A stretch of 29,385 bases of DNA, taken from an uncultured Thermoflexus sp. (GTDB lineage: Bacteria; Chloroflexota; Dehalococcoidia; Lucifugimonadales; Lucifugimonadaceae). Of the stretch, positions 19,150 through 27,527 are shown in pieces. The translations under genes were made by a program, and so were the position numbers. The notes beneath the pieces are model-generated. The model did not search any database and was not told the origin of the DNA. It worked only from the letters and a program-made list of their open reading frames with translations. How positions within the stretch are numbered: position 1 is the first letter of the stretch; the number at the start of each line of letters is the position of its first letter. The stretch is taken from contig CAYWBD010000307.1 of assembly GCA_964456315.1 (NCBI GenBank), forward strand, positions 1 to 29,385, read 5' to 3'.

Positions 19150-19226
19150 TGGTGGGCAGTAGAGGGCTCGAACCTCTGACCTCAGCGATGTCAACGCTGC
19201 GCTCTAACCAGCTGAGCTAACCGCCC
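19150..19226 (-). tRNA. tRNA-Val (anticodon GAC), 77 nt, CCA encoded
   Basis: GGGCGGT/ACTGCCC acceptor stem, GCTC/GAGC D stem, CAGCG-TTGACAT-CGCTG anticodon arm, AGAGG-TTCGAGC-CCTCT T arm and ACCA end. A TAGAAT -10-like box lies 9 nt upstream. Confidence 0.97.
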
Positions 19227-19312
19227 ATGGACACCATTCTAGTGTAGCTGGCAGCTTTGCGGAACCCCAGCAACGGCTGCATACGCGCACTGTACCCCTG
19301 ATTCTTAGCGGT

Positions 19313-20496
19313 CTAGCGTAGCCAGACCCAATAATCGACTCTGTTGTCGACTTTGAATCCACCCTTGACCAGTCTCTTAACGTCACCATCACTCGAGTCG
19401 GCAAGGCAAATGGCAGTAGACGTCAGCGGCACTCCGCAGTCGAAGAGCACTCGCTTGCCATCCGGCGACCAGCGTCCAACTCCCAAGCCGCCGTCAGCCA
19501 AGATCCGCATGCCCGCACCACTTATGTTGACGATACAGAATGTGGGCCTCATGGGCGAGCCGCAGTCGACGAGCAATTCCTTGCCATTCGGAGACCAATC
19601 ATATACAAACTTCGATGATAATACACTCGTGTCGCCCGTCGCGGCTTGCACCAAATACGTTGTGGTACCGGCGTCCGTGATCTTTCCAACTACTATCGCG
19701 GATCCATCGGCAGACCAGATGGGATTCGAGTATTGGCCTATACCACTGCCTCAGCAGACCGCTACAGGTAGAGGCAGCCACAGCGTTCGGACGGTTAACA
19801 GACACCACACCTGGTGGGGTGCTGAGTCAGTGGTATAGGCCAATTCGAGTATATCGCAAACTCTCGACTACCCGCGGTGTCGGTTAGGCATCGAAGGCCA
19901 CTGCCGTCGATGTTTACCACACATAAGTCACTGGCCAAGGATGTGACCCCGTCGGGATGAGGCACTCGTCTTCGAAACGCAAGCGTCTTGCCGTCAGGCG
20001 ACCAAACTGGCGCATGGTCAGCATAGGCGGCCCGTAGTACAAGGCGTGCTTCGAAGGTGCCAAGATCAGCAATGTAGAGATCGTACGCAAGGTCTCTGCC
20101 TGGTCGCTTCGCCGCATAGGCCAGCTGAGAGCCATCTGGCGAAAACGCTATCCCGTCGATAAGAGTCCGTTCGCGTGTGACTAGTTTCTCATTCGTGCCA
20201 TCGGCGTTGATGATGTGTATCTGACTATCGAGGAACGGCTCTGTGAGCGCGAGCACGGTTCCGGATGCGTTCGCGGTCAGATCCCACATGTCTCGCTTCT
20301 GACCAATAACGTTACGTTCAACTCCATTGTCGACGATGACAAGTGTCCTGCCGCGTAAATAGGCGAAACTAATATCTCTGGGCAGCCTGTCAGTTGACGA
20401 TTGGCAGGCTACAGGAAACGCCAGGAGACCTGCTGACAGAACCATGCAGCCGACACGGACAACCCAACTCCGGGTAGCGTGGCTGAACCTCAGCAC
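19313..20496 (-). pseudogene. TolB-like/PD40 beta-propeller exported protein interrupted by a MITE (354 aa when restored)
   Basis: Repeated WSPDG/FSPDG motifs in both ORFs and an N-terminal hydrophobic segment ending ...PVAC. Deleting 119 bp (element plus one TSD) gives in-frame ...AIYSNPIWSADGS... joining 19795-20496 to 19313-19654. Lower GC than the host. Confidence 0.85.
19734..19842. mobile_element. 109-bp non-autonomous MITE, 23-bp terminal inverted repeats, 10-bp target-site duplication
   Basis: TIRs tggcctataccactgcctcagca / tgctgagtcagtggtataggcca (1 mismatch). Direct repeat ATTCGAGTAT at 19724-19733 and 19843-19852. An equivalent parse is 111 bp with an 8-bp TSD. Confidence 0.9.
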
Positions 20497-20544
20497 GGCA
20501 GGGCGTGCGTTGACTTCGATCAGGTCAGGCAGCGTGTTCTACCC

Positions 20545-20628
20545 CCGTTCGTCCTGAGCCTGTCGAGCGCCCCCGCCACTAGCAGGACTTCGACCCTCAC
20601 CCCGCCCTCTCCCACCCAGGGAGAGGGG
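20545..20628. repeat. Family B (20545-20566) and family A (20594-20628) palindromes
   Basis: ccgttcgtcctgagcctgtcga; ccctcaccccgccctctcccacccagggagagggg. Confidence 0.75.
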
Positions 20629-20635
20629 ACGCCGC

Positions 20636-22417
20636 CTAAGTAGCGGAGCGCCCTCGTCGTAGCCCCCTGCCCGGGAACACGCCCGTGTGGCGGCCCTGGT
20701 CTATGACCACCTTGCCGTTGACGATGACGTACGGGATGCCCTCCGGGTAGACCTTCGGGTCCGCCTTGCTCGCACGCGTCTTCACTGTGTGTTTGTCGAA
20801 TATCACGACGTCCGCCTTAAAACCGTCTCGCAGCACGCCCCGGTCCGGCAGGCCCAGCCGCTGCGCCGGGAACGAGGTCATCTTGCGCACCGCCTCTGGC
20901 AGCCGCAGGTGCTTCTCAGCCCGCACAAACTCGGCGAGCACTACCGGGAAGCAGCCGTACGTGCGCGGGTTGGGCATGTCGCCGAAGAGGATGGCGTCTG
21001 AGGCGACCATCCCGTACGGGTGCGCCACAAACGCAGGCAGCGTGTGCGCGTTCGTGCCGAGGCCGACTGTCGAGATGCCCAGGCCCTCCTCGGCGAGCAG
21101 GTCGAAGAGCGCGTCGTACGGGTCCTTGCCCAGCGCGTTGGCGACCTCGGCGATCGAGTGGCCCTCGTGCTGCTTGTTGTGCGGCAGCTTGAAGTTTGTG
21201 AGCCAGTTCTCCTCGAAGCGACGACGGGGCCCTTCGACGGGCTCAAGGCGAGTGGCGCTCGGTCCCTGAGGCTCTCGAAGGGCCGACCCCTTCGAGCCAC
21301 CTGCGCCATGCGGCGGTCCCTGAGGCTCCCGAAGGGCCGACCGCTTCGAGCCACCTGCGGCAAGTCTGGCGCTTTGCGGCCCTTCGGGAGCCTCAGGGAC
21401 CGCGGCGCGGTACTCGTACCCAAGCTCGCCCCGCTCCATGTCACGTCGCATCCGGTCACGGTCACGGAGGTCGCGCAGGGCGCGCTTTAGCCGCTCCGGG
21501 CCCCCGTCCATGGCCCACTGCGGCAGCATGATCGTCACCCGTGTGCCCGAGTACGGGTACGTGTAGCAGTCGAACGTGACGTCCAGCCCCTCATCACGGG
21601 AGCGCTCGACCAGGCCTATGTAATCGAGGTGCGAACCCACTCCCTGCTGCCCCTGCCGGTAGTGCGTCAGGTGCACGCCTATGCCGGACTGGCGGCCGAT
21701 CTCGACCGCCTCTTCCCACGGCGCCAGCAGGCCGGTCTTGAGCAGGCTGGCGCGGGTGTGCGTGTGGTAGAACCCGCCGAGGCGCGCCGTCGTCTGGCAC
21801 AGGGCTACCAACTCCGCGGTGTCTGCAAACGAACCGGGCGGGTAGTCAAGGCCCGTCGACAGTCCCCAGGCGCCCTCTTCCATGGCCTCACGCACGACCG
21901 CCTGCATGTCGGCGGTCTCGGCCCGCGTCGCCGGGCGGTTGTCCCACCCCACGCCCCAGATGCGCACCGGCGAGTTGCCCAGGATGTAGGCGACGTTGAC
22001 CGACCCGCGGCCGTCGTACTTGCGCAGCAGCTCCGCGACCGTGAGCCAGTCTGCGGGCATGGGCGGCCAATCGTTCAGGCCGCAGTCGAGCTCGATGAAG
22101 CGGTGCAGCTCTGCCTGCGTCTTGAACGGCGCGACAGAGTTGCCGTCTATGCCAATAAGCTCGGTCGTGACGCCCTGGCGCACTTTGGGCAGGTGCTCCG
22201 GCTCCCGCAGGAGGGTGAGCCCGCCGTGGGAGTGCAGGTCTATGAAGCCCGGACAGACGACATGGCCCGAGGCGTTTATCTCACGGGCGGCCTGGATGCC
22301 GGACGCATCTCCGCGGTGGATGTGGAGCGTGTCCCCCTCGACGAGCACCGTCCCGGAGTAGCCAGGGCTGCCCGTGCCGTCGATTATCTCCCCGCCGGTG
22401 ATTTTCAGGTCTAGCAA
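20636..22417 (-). CDS. N-acyl-D-amino-acid deacylase / D-aminoacylase-like amidohydrolase with a 58-aa in-frame repeat insert
   Basis: LDLKITGGEIIDGTG, PGFIDLHSH, GAWGLSTGLDYPPG, YHTHTR, HPYGMVASD, PRTYGCF, RKMTSFPAQRLGL and ADVVIFD. Start re-called at TTG 22417. Confidence 0.9.
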   Translation of the reverse strand: MLDLKITGGEIIDGTGSPGYSGTVLVEGDTLHIHRGDASGIQAAREINASGHVVCPGFIDLHSHGGLTLLREPEHLPKVRQGVTTELIGIDGNSVAPFKTQAELHRFIELDCGLNDWPPMPADWLTVAELLRKYDGRGSVNVAYILGNSPVRIWGVGWDNRPATRAETADMQAVVREAMEEGAWGLSTGLDYPPGSFADTAELVALCQTTARLGGFYHTHTRASLLKTGLLAPWEEAVEIGRQSGIGVHLTHYRQGQQGVGSHLDYIGLVERSRDEGLDVTFDCYTYPYSGTRVTIMLPQWAMDGGPERLKRALRDLRDRDRMRRDMERGELGYEYRAAVPEAPEGPQSARLAAGGSKRSALREPQGPPHGAGGSKGSALREPQGPSATRLEPVEGPRRRFEENWLTNFKLPHNKQHEGHSIAEVANALGKDPYDALFDLLAEEGLGISTVGLGTNAHTLPAFVAHPYGMVASDAILFGDMPNPRTYGCFPVVLAEFVRAEKHLRLPEAVRKMTSFPAQRLGLPDRGVLRDGFKADVVIFDKHTVKTRASKADPKVYPEGIPYVIVNGKVVIDQGRHTGVFPGRGLRRGRSAT

Positions 22418-22443
22418 AGCGCAAGCCGCGCCGCGCGCAGAAA

Positions 22444-22711
22444 GAGATTCTTCACTGCGGCCTCCGGCCCTCCGTTCAGAGTGACATGCCAGGCGCGACA
22501 TGACGCACACGCCCGACGGAGTCTTTATGAGGCCCGCGGGCGTGCGCGTCAACACACCGCAATGTCATTCTGAGCGGAGGCCCGGAGGGCCGCAGCGAAG
22601 AATCTAGATCAGACAGCCACGCGGCCGTCACGTCATGCCTGACATCGCCACAACCGTGACGCGTCGCTGTTCGACCTAGATCCTTCGGGCCTGCGGCCCT
22701 CAGGATGACAT
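22444..22711. mobile_element. Family D MITE-like element (22562-22711) plus an inverted half-copy (22444-22487)
   Basis: Termini ATGTCATTCTGAG...CTCAGGATGACAT with internal CGAAGAATCT / AGATCCTTCG. Related to the copy at 26597-26726. Confidence 0.75.
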
Positions 22712-22741
22712 GGCGCTTCCGCGCTTGCCGTCTCCGGCCGC

Positions 22742-23293
22742 CTAGTCTGCCCCGGTGGACAGGAACCAGCTGCCCGTGTTGCTCGTCACGAAGACGATCG
22801 GCGCGATGCACGGGCTGGGCAGGGCCACCTTGGCCTTGATCTTCGCGTCTCCTGACGGCGTGGCCGGGAAGGCGTCGGTCAGCAAGTTCACGGTGGTCAT
22901 CGCGTTGCTGGCATCAATCGAGAGGCAGCTGACGCGCGCCCTGAAAACTGCCGACGGGTTAACGCCAGTAGTCGCCAGGACCAGGCCATCGACCTCGATC
23001 TTGAGCGACCCGTCGGACTTCAGCTTGCCTTCTGCGCTGTCAACTACCCACGGCGCGCCGGCTGCGTTAACGCCGCGGATGGCGCCGGGCGCGCCCAAGA
23101 ACGGCGCGCGGTTGCCTGTCATGGTGTCCCACTTCAAGACGGTGGCCGCTTCATCTTCGTCATCGTCATCCGCGCTCGCGGGCTGACCGGCAGCAAAACC
23201 GCCGGTCAAAGCAAAGCTGATGACTAGCCCTGCCACGAGGCCGGCAGACAGGCCCACTAGCCGCCATTTCCAGGCGCCAAAAAGTGATCGCAT
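22742..23293 (-). CDS. Hypothetical secreted protein (183 aa)
   Basis: GGAGG SD and ATG at 23293. Signal-peptide-like N-terminus ending ASA, acidic linker DDDDEDE, predicted beta-rich body with two Cys (VSC, SPCIAPIVFV). Confidence 0.75.
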   Translation of the reverse strand: MRSLFGAWKWRLVGLSAGLVAGLVISFALTGGFAAGQPASADDDDEDEAATVLKWDTMTGNRAPFLGAPGAIRGVNAAGAPWVVDSAEGKLKSDGSLKIEVDGLVLATTGVNPSAVFRARVSCLSIDASNAMTTVNLLTDAFPATPSGDAKIKAKVALPSPCIAPIVFVTSNTGSWFLSTGAD

Positions 23294-23419
23294 GCGTGTG
23301 TCCCTCCGGATCCGGGCGACCGCGCACACCCCTGGCCGCGGCAGACTCCCTGTCGCGGTCGTTACTACGGGAACCGCCAGACGCCGGATTCAACGGCTTG
23401 GGGCAACGCCAACAGGCCG

Positions 23420-23638
23420 CTATCTCAGGCGGAGATAGTCCTCAGCGGTGTATCCGGCATCCTTGAGGATTTGCAGGGCCAGACCCCGGCCAATATCCAT
23501 ACCGGGGTGCACCGGCACAGTGACAGCTGTGAGCCGGCCGGCGTGCCACATGGTCAGATGGCTCCCCGACTGCCGGTCTACCACAAACCCCTGGGACTTG
23601 AGAAAGCGGACGAGTTCGCGACCGCTGACTTGCGGCAT
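23420..23638 (-). CDS. hicA: HicA-family toxin (mRNA interferase)
   Basis: MPQVSGRELVRFLKSQGF..RQSGSH..M...VTVPVH..DIGRGL..QILKDAG. Confidence 0.9.
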   Translation of the reverse strand: MPQVSGRELVRFLKSQGFVVDRQSGSHLTMWHAGRLTAVTVPVHPGMDIGRGLALQILKDAGYTAEDYLRLR

Positions 23639-23646
23639 GCGAGGAA

Positions 23647-23883
23647 TCAGGGCACTCCGAGCGTTAGTTCCTCGACATGTACGAGTTTCTTGTTCTGTGG
23701 CACCTTCCGGCCATGCGCGAGCAGCACCTGGACGTGCTGCTCGACCGCTTTGCGCATGCTGAGCTTGGCGTCTTCAATAGTCTTCCCATTGCCAAAACAA
23801 CCGGGCAGCGTGGGGCTGTAGGCGAAGTAGCCCTCGTCTTGGGCTTCTTTCTCAATGATGATTTCGAAGCTGTAGAACTTCAC
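23647..23883 (-). CDS. hicB: HicB-family antitoxin (short form, no C-terminal DNA-binding domain)
   Basis: IEKEAQDEGYFAYSPTLPGCFGNGKTIEDA; lies 8 nt upstream of hicA. Confidence 0.88.
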   Translation of the reverse strand: MKFYSFEIIIEKEAQDEGYFAYSPTLPGCFGNGKTIEDAKLSMRKAVEQHVQVLLAHGRKVPQNKKLVHVEELTLGVP

Positions 23884-23951
23884 CGGACCGCTCCTGATAG
23901 CTATTCAGACTCTAGCACGACGGGCCTGCGGTCCTTTCCCACGTCAAACCG

Positions 23952-24851
23952 TCACAGCTTCCAAACACGGCGCGCGTTCTCGCCGAGCACTTTGCGGCGG
24001 TCAGAATCGCTCAGGAGGTCGAACCCCTCCCGGACCAGGCGCAACTCGTCGGCGAGCAGGGGCCACTTGGCCTTGAGTTGCTGCTTCTGCCCCGGGTACC
24101 CCGTCCCCCACATGCAGCGGTTTGCCCCGAACGCGGAGACGATGCGTCTGACGATGCCGTGCATGTCGGTGTACGGGTACGGCTGTTTCGACCGCCCATG
24201 CACGTCGGAGATCTTGATGTAGACGTTCTTGTGCTCCGCCAATGCCAACACTGGCAGGTACGGCACGTAGTCCGGCGCCCATTCCACGAGCGGGTACATC
24301 ATGTGGTCTATGAGCCACGTGATGCGCGGGTACCGTGCTGCGACTGCGTCCAGCTGGTGGGCGTCGTCGGGCCGGTTATGGACTTGCACGACCGCCCGCA
24401 GCTCCGACAGCGCGTCCCACATCGGCTCGTTACAGTGCAGCGTCAGGATGTCCACGCCGCCCGGGTACCCGGCGCGCGTCAGGGCAGTCGTGGTCTGCTG
24501 GCCCTCTGGAGGGTGATAGTACGCAGGGTGGAAGCGGAACCCGGCCATGCCACGCTCCTCCATCCAGTAGCGCGCAATGACGGCGTTGGCGGGGTCGAGC
24601 GGGTCCACCATTCCCATGGCGACGAAGCGGTCCGGGTGCGCCCGCGCGGAGTCCGCGACGTAGCTGTTATTCCACGTCGACCACGATGTCTGGACAAGCA
24701 CCGCGCGGTCGACAGCGTTGGCGTCCATGTCCTCGAGGAGCTCTTCGGCTGTGCCGGGCTCGTCCGGCAGCGAGGTCCAGTCAGGCGCAGTCGGGCCGAT
24801 GGGCGCCTTAGGCGGCATCTCCCAGACGTGGACGTGCGTGTCAACGATCAT
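23952..24851 (-). CDS. Amidohydrolase family 2 protein (sugar-lactonase-like)
   Basis: MIVDTHVHVWE (HxH), VDRAVLVQ, GFRFHP, LIDHM, NVYIKIS and RCMWGTGYP. Start re-called at ATG 24851. Confidence 0.88.
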   Translation of the reverse strand: MIVDTHVHVWEMPPKAPIGPTAPDWTSLPDEPGTAEELLEDMDANAVDRAVLVQTSWSTWNNSYVADSARAHPDRFVAMGMVDPLDPANAVIARYWMEERGMAGFRFHPAYYHPPEGQQTTTALTRAGYPGGVDILTLHCNEPMWDALSELRAVVQVHNRPDDAHQLDAVAARYPRITWLIDHMMYPLVEWAPDYVPYLPVLALAEHKNVYIKISDVHGRSKQPYPYTDMHGIVRRIVSAFGANRCMWGTGYPGQKQQLKAKWPLLADELRLVREGFDLLSDSDRRKVLGENARRVWKL

Positions 24852-24863
24852 GTTTGTCCTCTT

Positions 24864-24888
24864 CCCCTCTCCTTGGGAGGGAGACGGG
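24864..24888. repeat. Degenerate family A palindrome between the GDPD and amidohydrolase genes
   Basis: cccctctccttgggagggagacggg. Confidence 0.6.
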
Positions 24889-24946
24889 TGCCCACCGGAG
24901 GTGGGCGCGGGTGTGGGTCGAACGGGTTCCCAAGTAGTCCGATTCG

Positions 24947-25741
24947 TCACAGTCCCAGCAGCTTCTTTGCGCGGCCTGGCCAGTCGACAGTAGTGCCCAG
25001 CGCGCCGGAGTCGTGTGCACGGCGCAGGCCCGCCCCATCGGACACGCCCCAGGCGCGCACGACCAGCCCCGCCTGCCTCGCCCAGTCCACCTCATCTTTG
25101 GTGACCGTGGTGGCCCGCGGGTAGATGCCGCCCAGCCCGGGCACCGAGTAGAACCCCATCTGCGCCAGCAGCGCAATGTCCACGAGCGTGATCCTTTCCA
25201 GCAGCCACCCGTGCGTGATGCCGGAGAGCGCCCGCCGTGACCTGTGCAGCTGTTGCGGGAAAAACGCGCTGATGGTGACGCCGGGCGGGCTGAGCGCATG
25301 CTCGCCGCGGGCGTTCACGTAGCCGGCCTTCTTGAGGGCGTCGGCCACCTTTGCCGGCAGCTCCTGCTCGAACGACTTCAGTTCCAGGTGGATGTGCACC
25401 CGGCCCTTGTAGCGTTCCAGGACCTCCGACAGCGCAGGCACCCGGGCCCCGGCGTATGCGCCATAGCCGCGCCGGCCCACGCCGTCGGGGCCGCCGTTGA
25501 ACCACGCCCCGGCGTCGAGCGACTTGATCTCGGCGACTGTCAGGCCATCGACGCGGCCGTGCCCGTTCGTCGTGCGGTCCACCGTGTCATCGTGTATCAC
25601 CACCGGCACGCCGTCGCGGGACAGCTGCACGTCCAGCTCGAAGTTGTTGAAGCCATTTTCGACCGCCAGGTCAAAGGCCTCGAGTGTGTTCTCCGGCGCC
25701 TCGGACGAATAGCCCCGGTGGGCGATCAGCGTGAACGGCAT
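24947..25741 (-). CDS. Glycerophosphodiester phosphodiesterase family protein
   Basis: LIAHRGYSSEAPENTLEAF, FELDVQLSRDGVPVVIHDDTVDRTT and HLELKS. Start re-called at ATG 25741. Confidence 0.93.
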   Translation of the reverse strand: MPFTLIAHRGYSSEAPENTLEAFDLAVENGFNNFELDVQLSRDGVPVVIHDDTVDRTTNGHGRVDGLTVAEIKSLDAGAWFNGGPDGVGRRGYGAYAGARVPALSEVLERYKGRVHIHLELKSFEQELPAKVADALKKAGYVNARGEHALSPPGVTISAFFPQQLHRSRRALSGITHGWLLERITLVDIALLAQMGFYSVPGLGGIYPRATTVTKDEVDWARQAGLVVRAWGVSDGAGLRRAHDSGALGTTVDWPGRAKKLLGL

Positions 25742-25834
25742 GGCGTGGCTCCCTGGGGAAGATGTCACGGTAGGCGTATTGTCCACCAAACTTGCCTCAA
25801 TGACGGCCGCCCGCCTCCGCTATCATCGTCCCCC

Positions 25835-26566
25835 GTGCCCAAGAACAAGGTTGTCAAGAGTTTCAAGGACGCCGTCGCCGATATCCCCAGCGGCGCAACG
25901 GTCATGATCGGCGGCTTCGGCGGCGCCGGCGGCCAGCCCACGCGCCTCATGCTCGCACTGCGCGACCACGGCGTGCGTGACCTCACACTCATCGGCAACG
26001 TAGCCGGCATCTCGAAGGTCACCGGCTACGGCTGGCCGAAGGGCATGGACCCCGTCGACCAGGGCATGTTCTTCGCCAGCGGGCAGGCAAAGAAGATCAT
26101 CTGCTCGTTCCCAGTGCCCGGCACGACGAACCCGCAGTCGGAGATCGAGCAGGCCTGGCGCGCCGGCAGGGCGGAGGTCGTGATCGTGCCGCAGGGCACC
26201 CTCATCGAGCGCATCCGCGCAGCCGGCGCGGGCATACCGGCCTTCTACACGCCCACCGGCGCGGGCACGCCGGTCGCAGACGGCAAGGAGGTGCGCGTGT
26301 TCGACGGCCGCGAGCACCTGCTGGAGCACGCCCTGCACGCCGACTACGCGCTCATCCGCGCAAAGGTCGCCGACACGCACGGCAACCTGATGTACGTGGG
26401 CACGTCGCGCGCCTTCAACCCGGCGATGGCGACCGCGGCCAGGGTGGTCATCGCAGAGGTGGACGAGGTCGTGGCGCCGGGCGGCATAGACCCCGAGCGC
26501 GTCGGCACGCCGGGCGTGTTCGTGGACCGCATCGTGGCCCGCGAACCCGGGGACCCGTTGCCGTGA
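25835..26566 (+). CDS. 3-oxoacid CoA-transferase subunit A (ScoA/PcaI-like)
   Basis: AVADIPSGATVMIGGFG, PQGTLIERIRAAGAGIPAFYTPTG and PGVFVDRIV. GTG 25835 lies 8 nt after a TATCAT box, so it may be leaderless. Confidence 0.9.
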   Translation: MPKNKVVKSFKDAVADIPSGATVMIGGFGGAGGQPTRLMLALRDHGVRDLTLIGNVAGISKVTGYGWPKGMDPVDQGMFFASGQAKKIICSFPVPGTTNPQSEIEQAWRAGRAEVVIVPQGTLIERIRAAGAGIPAFYTPTGAGTPVADGKEVRVFDGREHLLEHALHADYALIRAKVADTHGNLMYVGTSRAFNPAMATAARVVIAEVDEVVAPGGIDPERVGTPGVFVDRIVAREPGDPLP

Positions 26567-26596
26567 GTCATCTTGTGTGCGTCCGACAAGGCCCCC

Positions 26597-26726
26597 ATGT
26601 CATTCTGAGCGGAGGCCCGAATGGCCGGAGCGAAGAATCTCGTTCGTGTTTGACTGTGTCCTCCGGACGACTGTACGGGAAGAGATTCTTCGTCCCTCCG
26701 CTGTGCTCCGGGACTCAGAATGACAT
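26597..26726. mobile_element. Family D MITE-like element (130 bp) between the CoA-transferase A and B genes
   Basis: Perfect 13-bp TIR ATGTCATTCTGAG / CTCAGAATGACAT and internal inverted pair CGAAGAATCTC / GAGATTCTTCG. Confidence 0.8.
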
Positions 26727-26773
26727 CATGCGCGTCTCCCCTGTCATCTCGGCCGCAGCCAAAAGCCCGACCC

Positions 26774-27454
26774 ATGCCTGACCCCGCGCCGCGCCTCACC
26801 CGCAACGACATCGCCCGCCGCGTGGCGCGGGAACTGCCCGACGGCGCCGTCGTGAACCTCGGCATCGGCATCCCCGCCCTCTGCGCCAACTTTGTGCCGC
26901 CCGGCGTCGAGGTGCGCTACATGGCCGAGAACGGCGTCATGGGCTTCGGTGAGCACTACCCCGACGGCGAGGGCGACCCCGATGTCATGGACGCCGGCGG
27001 GAAGTTCCCGCGGCGCGTGCCCGGCATGGCGTTCTTCGACTCCATGACCGCGTTCGCCATGATCCGCGGCGGCCACATAGACGTGACCGTGCTGGGCGCG
27101 CTACAGGTGTCCCGGGAGGGCGACCTGGCGAACTGGATGGTCCCGCAGCGCGGCATCGGCTCCATCGGCGGCGCGATGGACCTGGCCGCCAACACCCGGC
27201 GCGTCATCATCGCCATGGAGCATACCGCGAAGGGCGACGCTGCCAAGATCGTCGAGGCGTGCACCTACCCGCTCACCGCGCGACGCTGCGTCAGCATGAT
27301 CGTCACCGACATCGCGGTCATCGACGTGCTGCCCGACGGCCGCGGATTATTGCTGCGCGAAGTCGCTCCGGGCTGGGACGCGGCCGCGGTACAGGCCGTT
27401 AGCGGCGCAAGGCTGGCGGTCTCTTCTGCACTGAAGTCCATCGCCGCGACCTGA
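26774..27454 (+). CDS. 3-oxoacid CoA-transferase subunit B (ScoB/PcaJ-like)
   Basis: IARRVARELPDGAVVNLGIGIP, catalytic AENG, GGHIDVTVLGALQVS and IGGAMDLA. Start re-called at ATG 26774. Confidence 0.92.
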   Translation: MPDPAPRLTRNDIARRVARELPDGAVVNLGIGIPALCANFVPPGVEVRYMAENGVMGFGEHYPDGEGDPDVMDAGGKFPRRVPGMAFFDSMTAFAMIRGGHIDVTVLGALQVSREGDLANWMVPQRGIGSIGGAMDLAANTRRVIIAMEHTAKGDAAKIVEACTYPLTARRCVSMIVTDIAVIDVLPDGRGLLLREVAPGWDAAAVQAVSGARLAVSSALKSIAAT

Positions 27455-27527
27455 ATCCCCTGACACAGCCGGTTCTTGTCCGCGCCGCGCAGTTCGCCCT
27501 GACCGCCCGCTGTGCGAAACTTGACCG

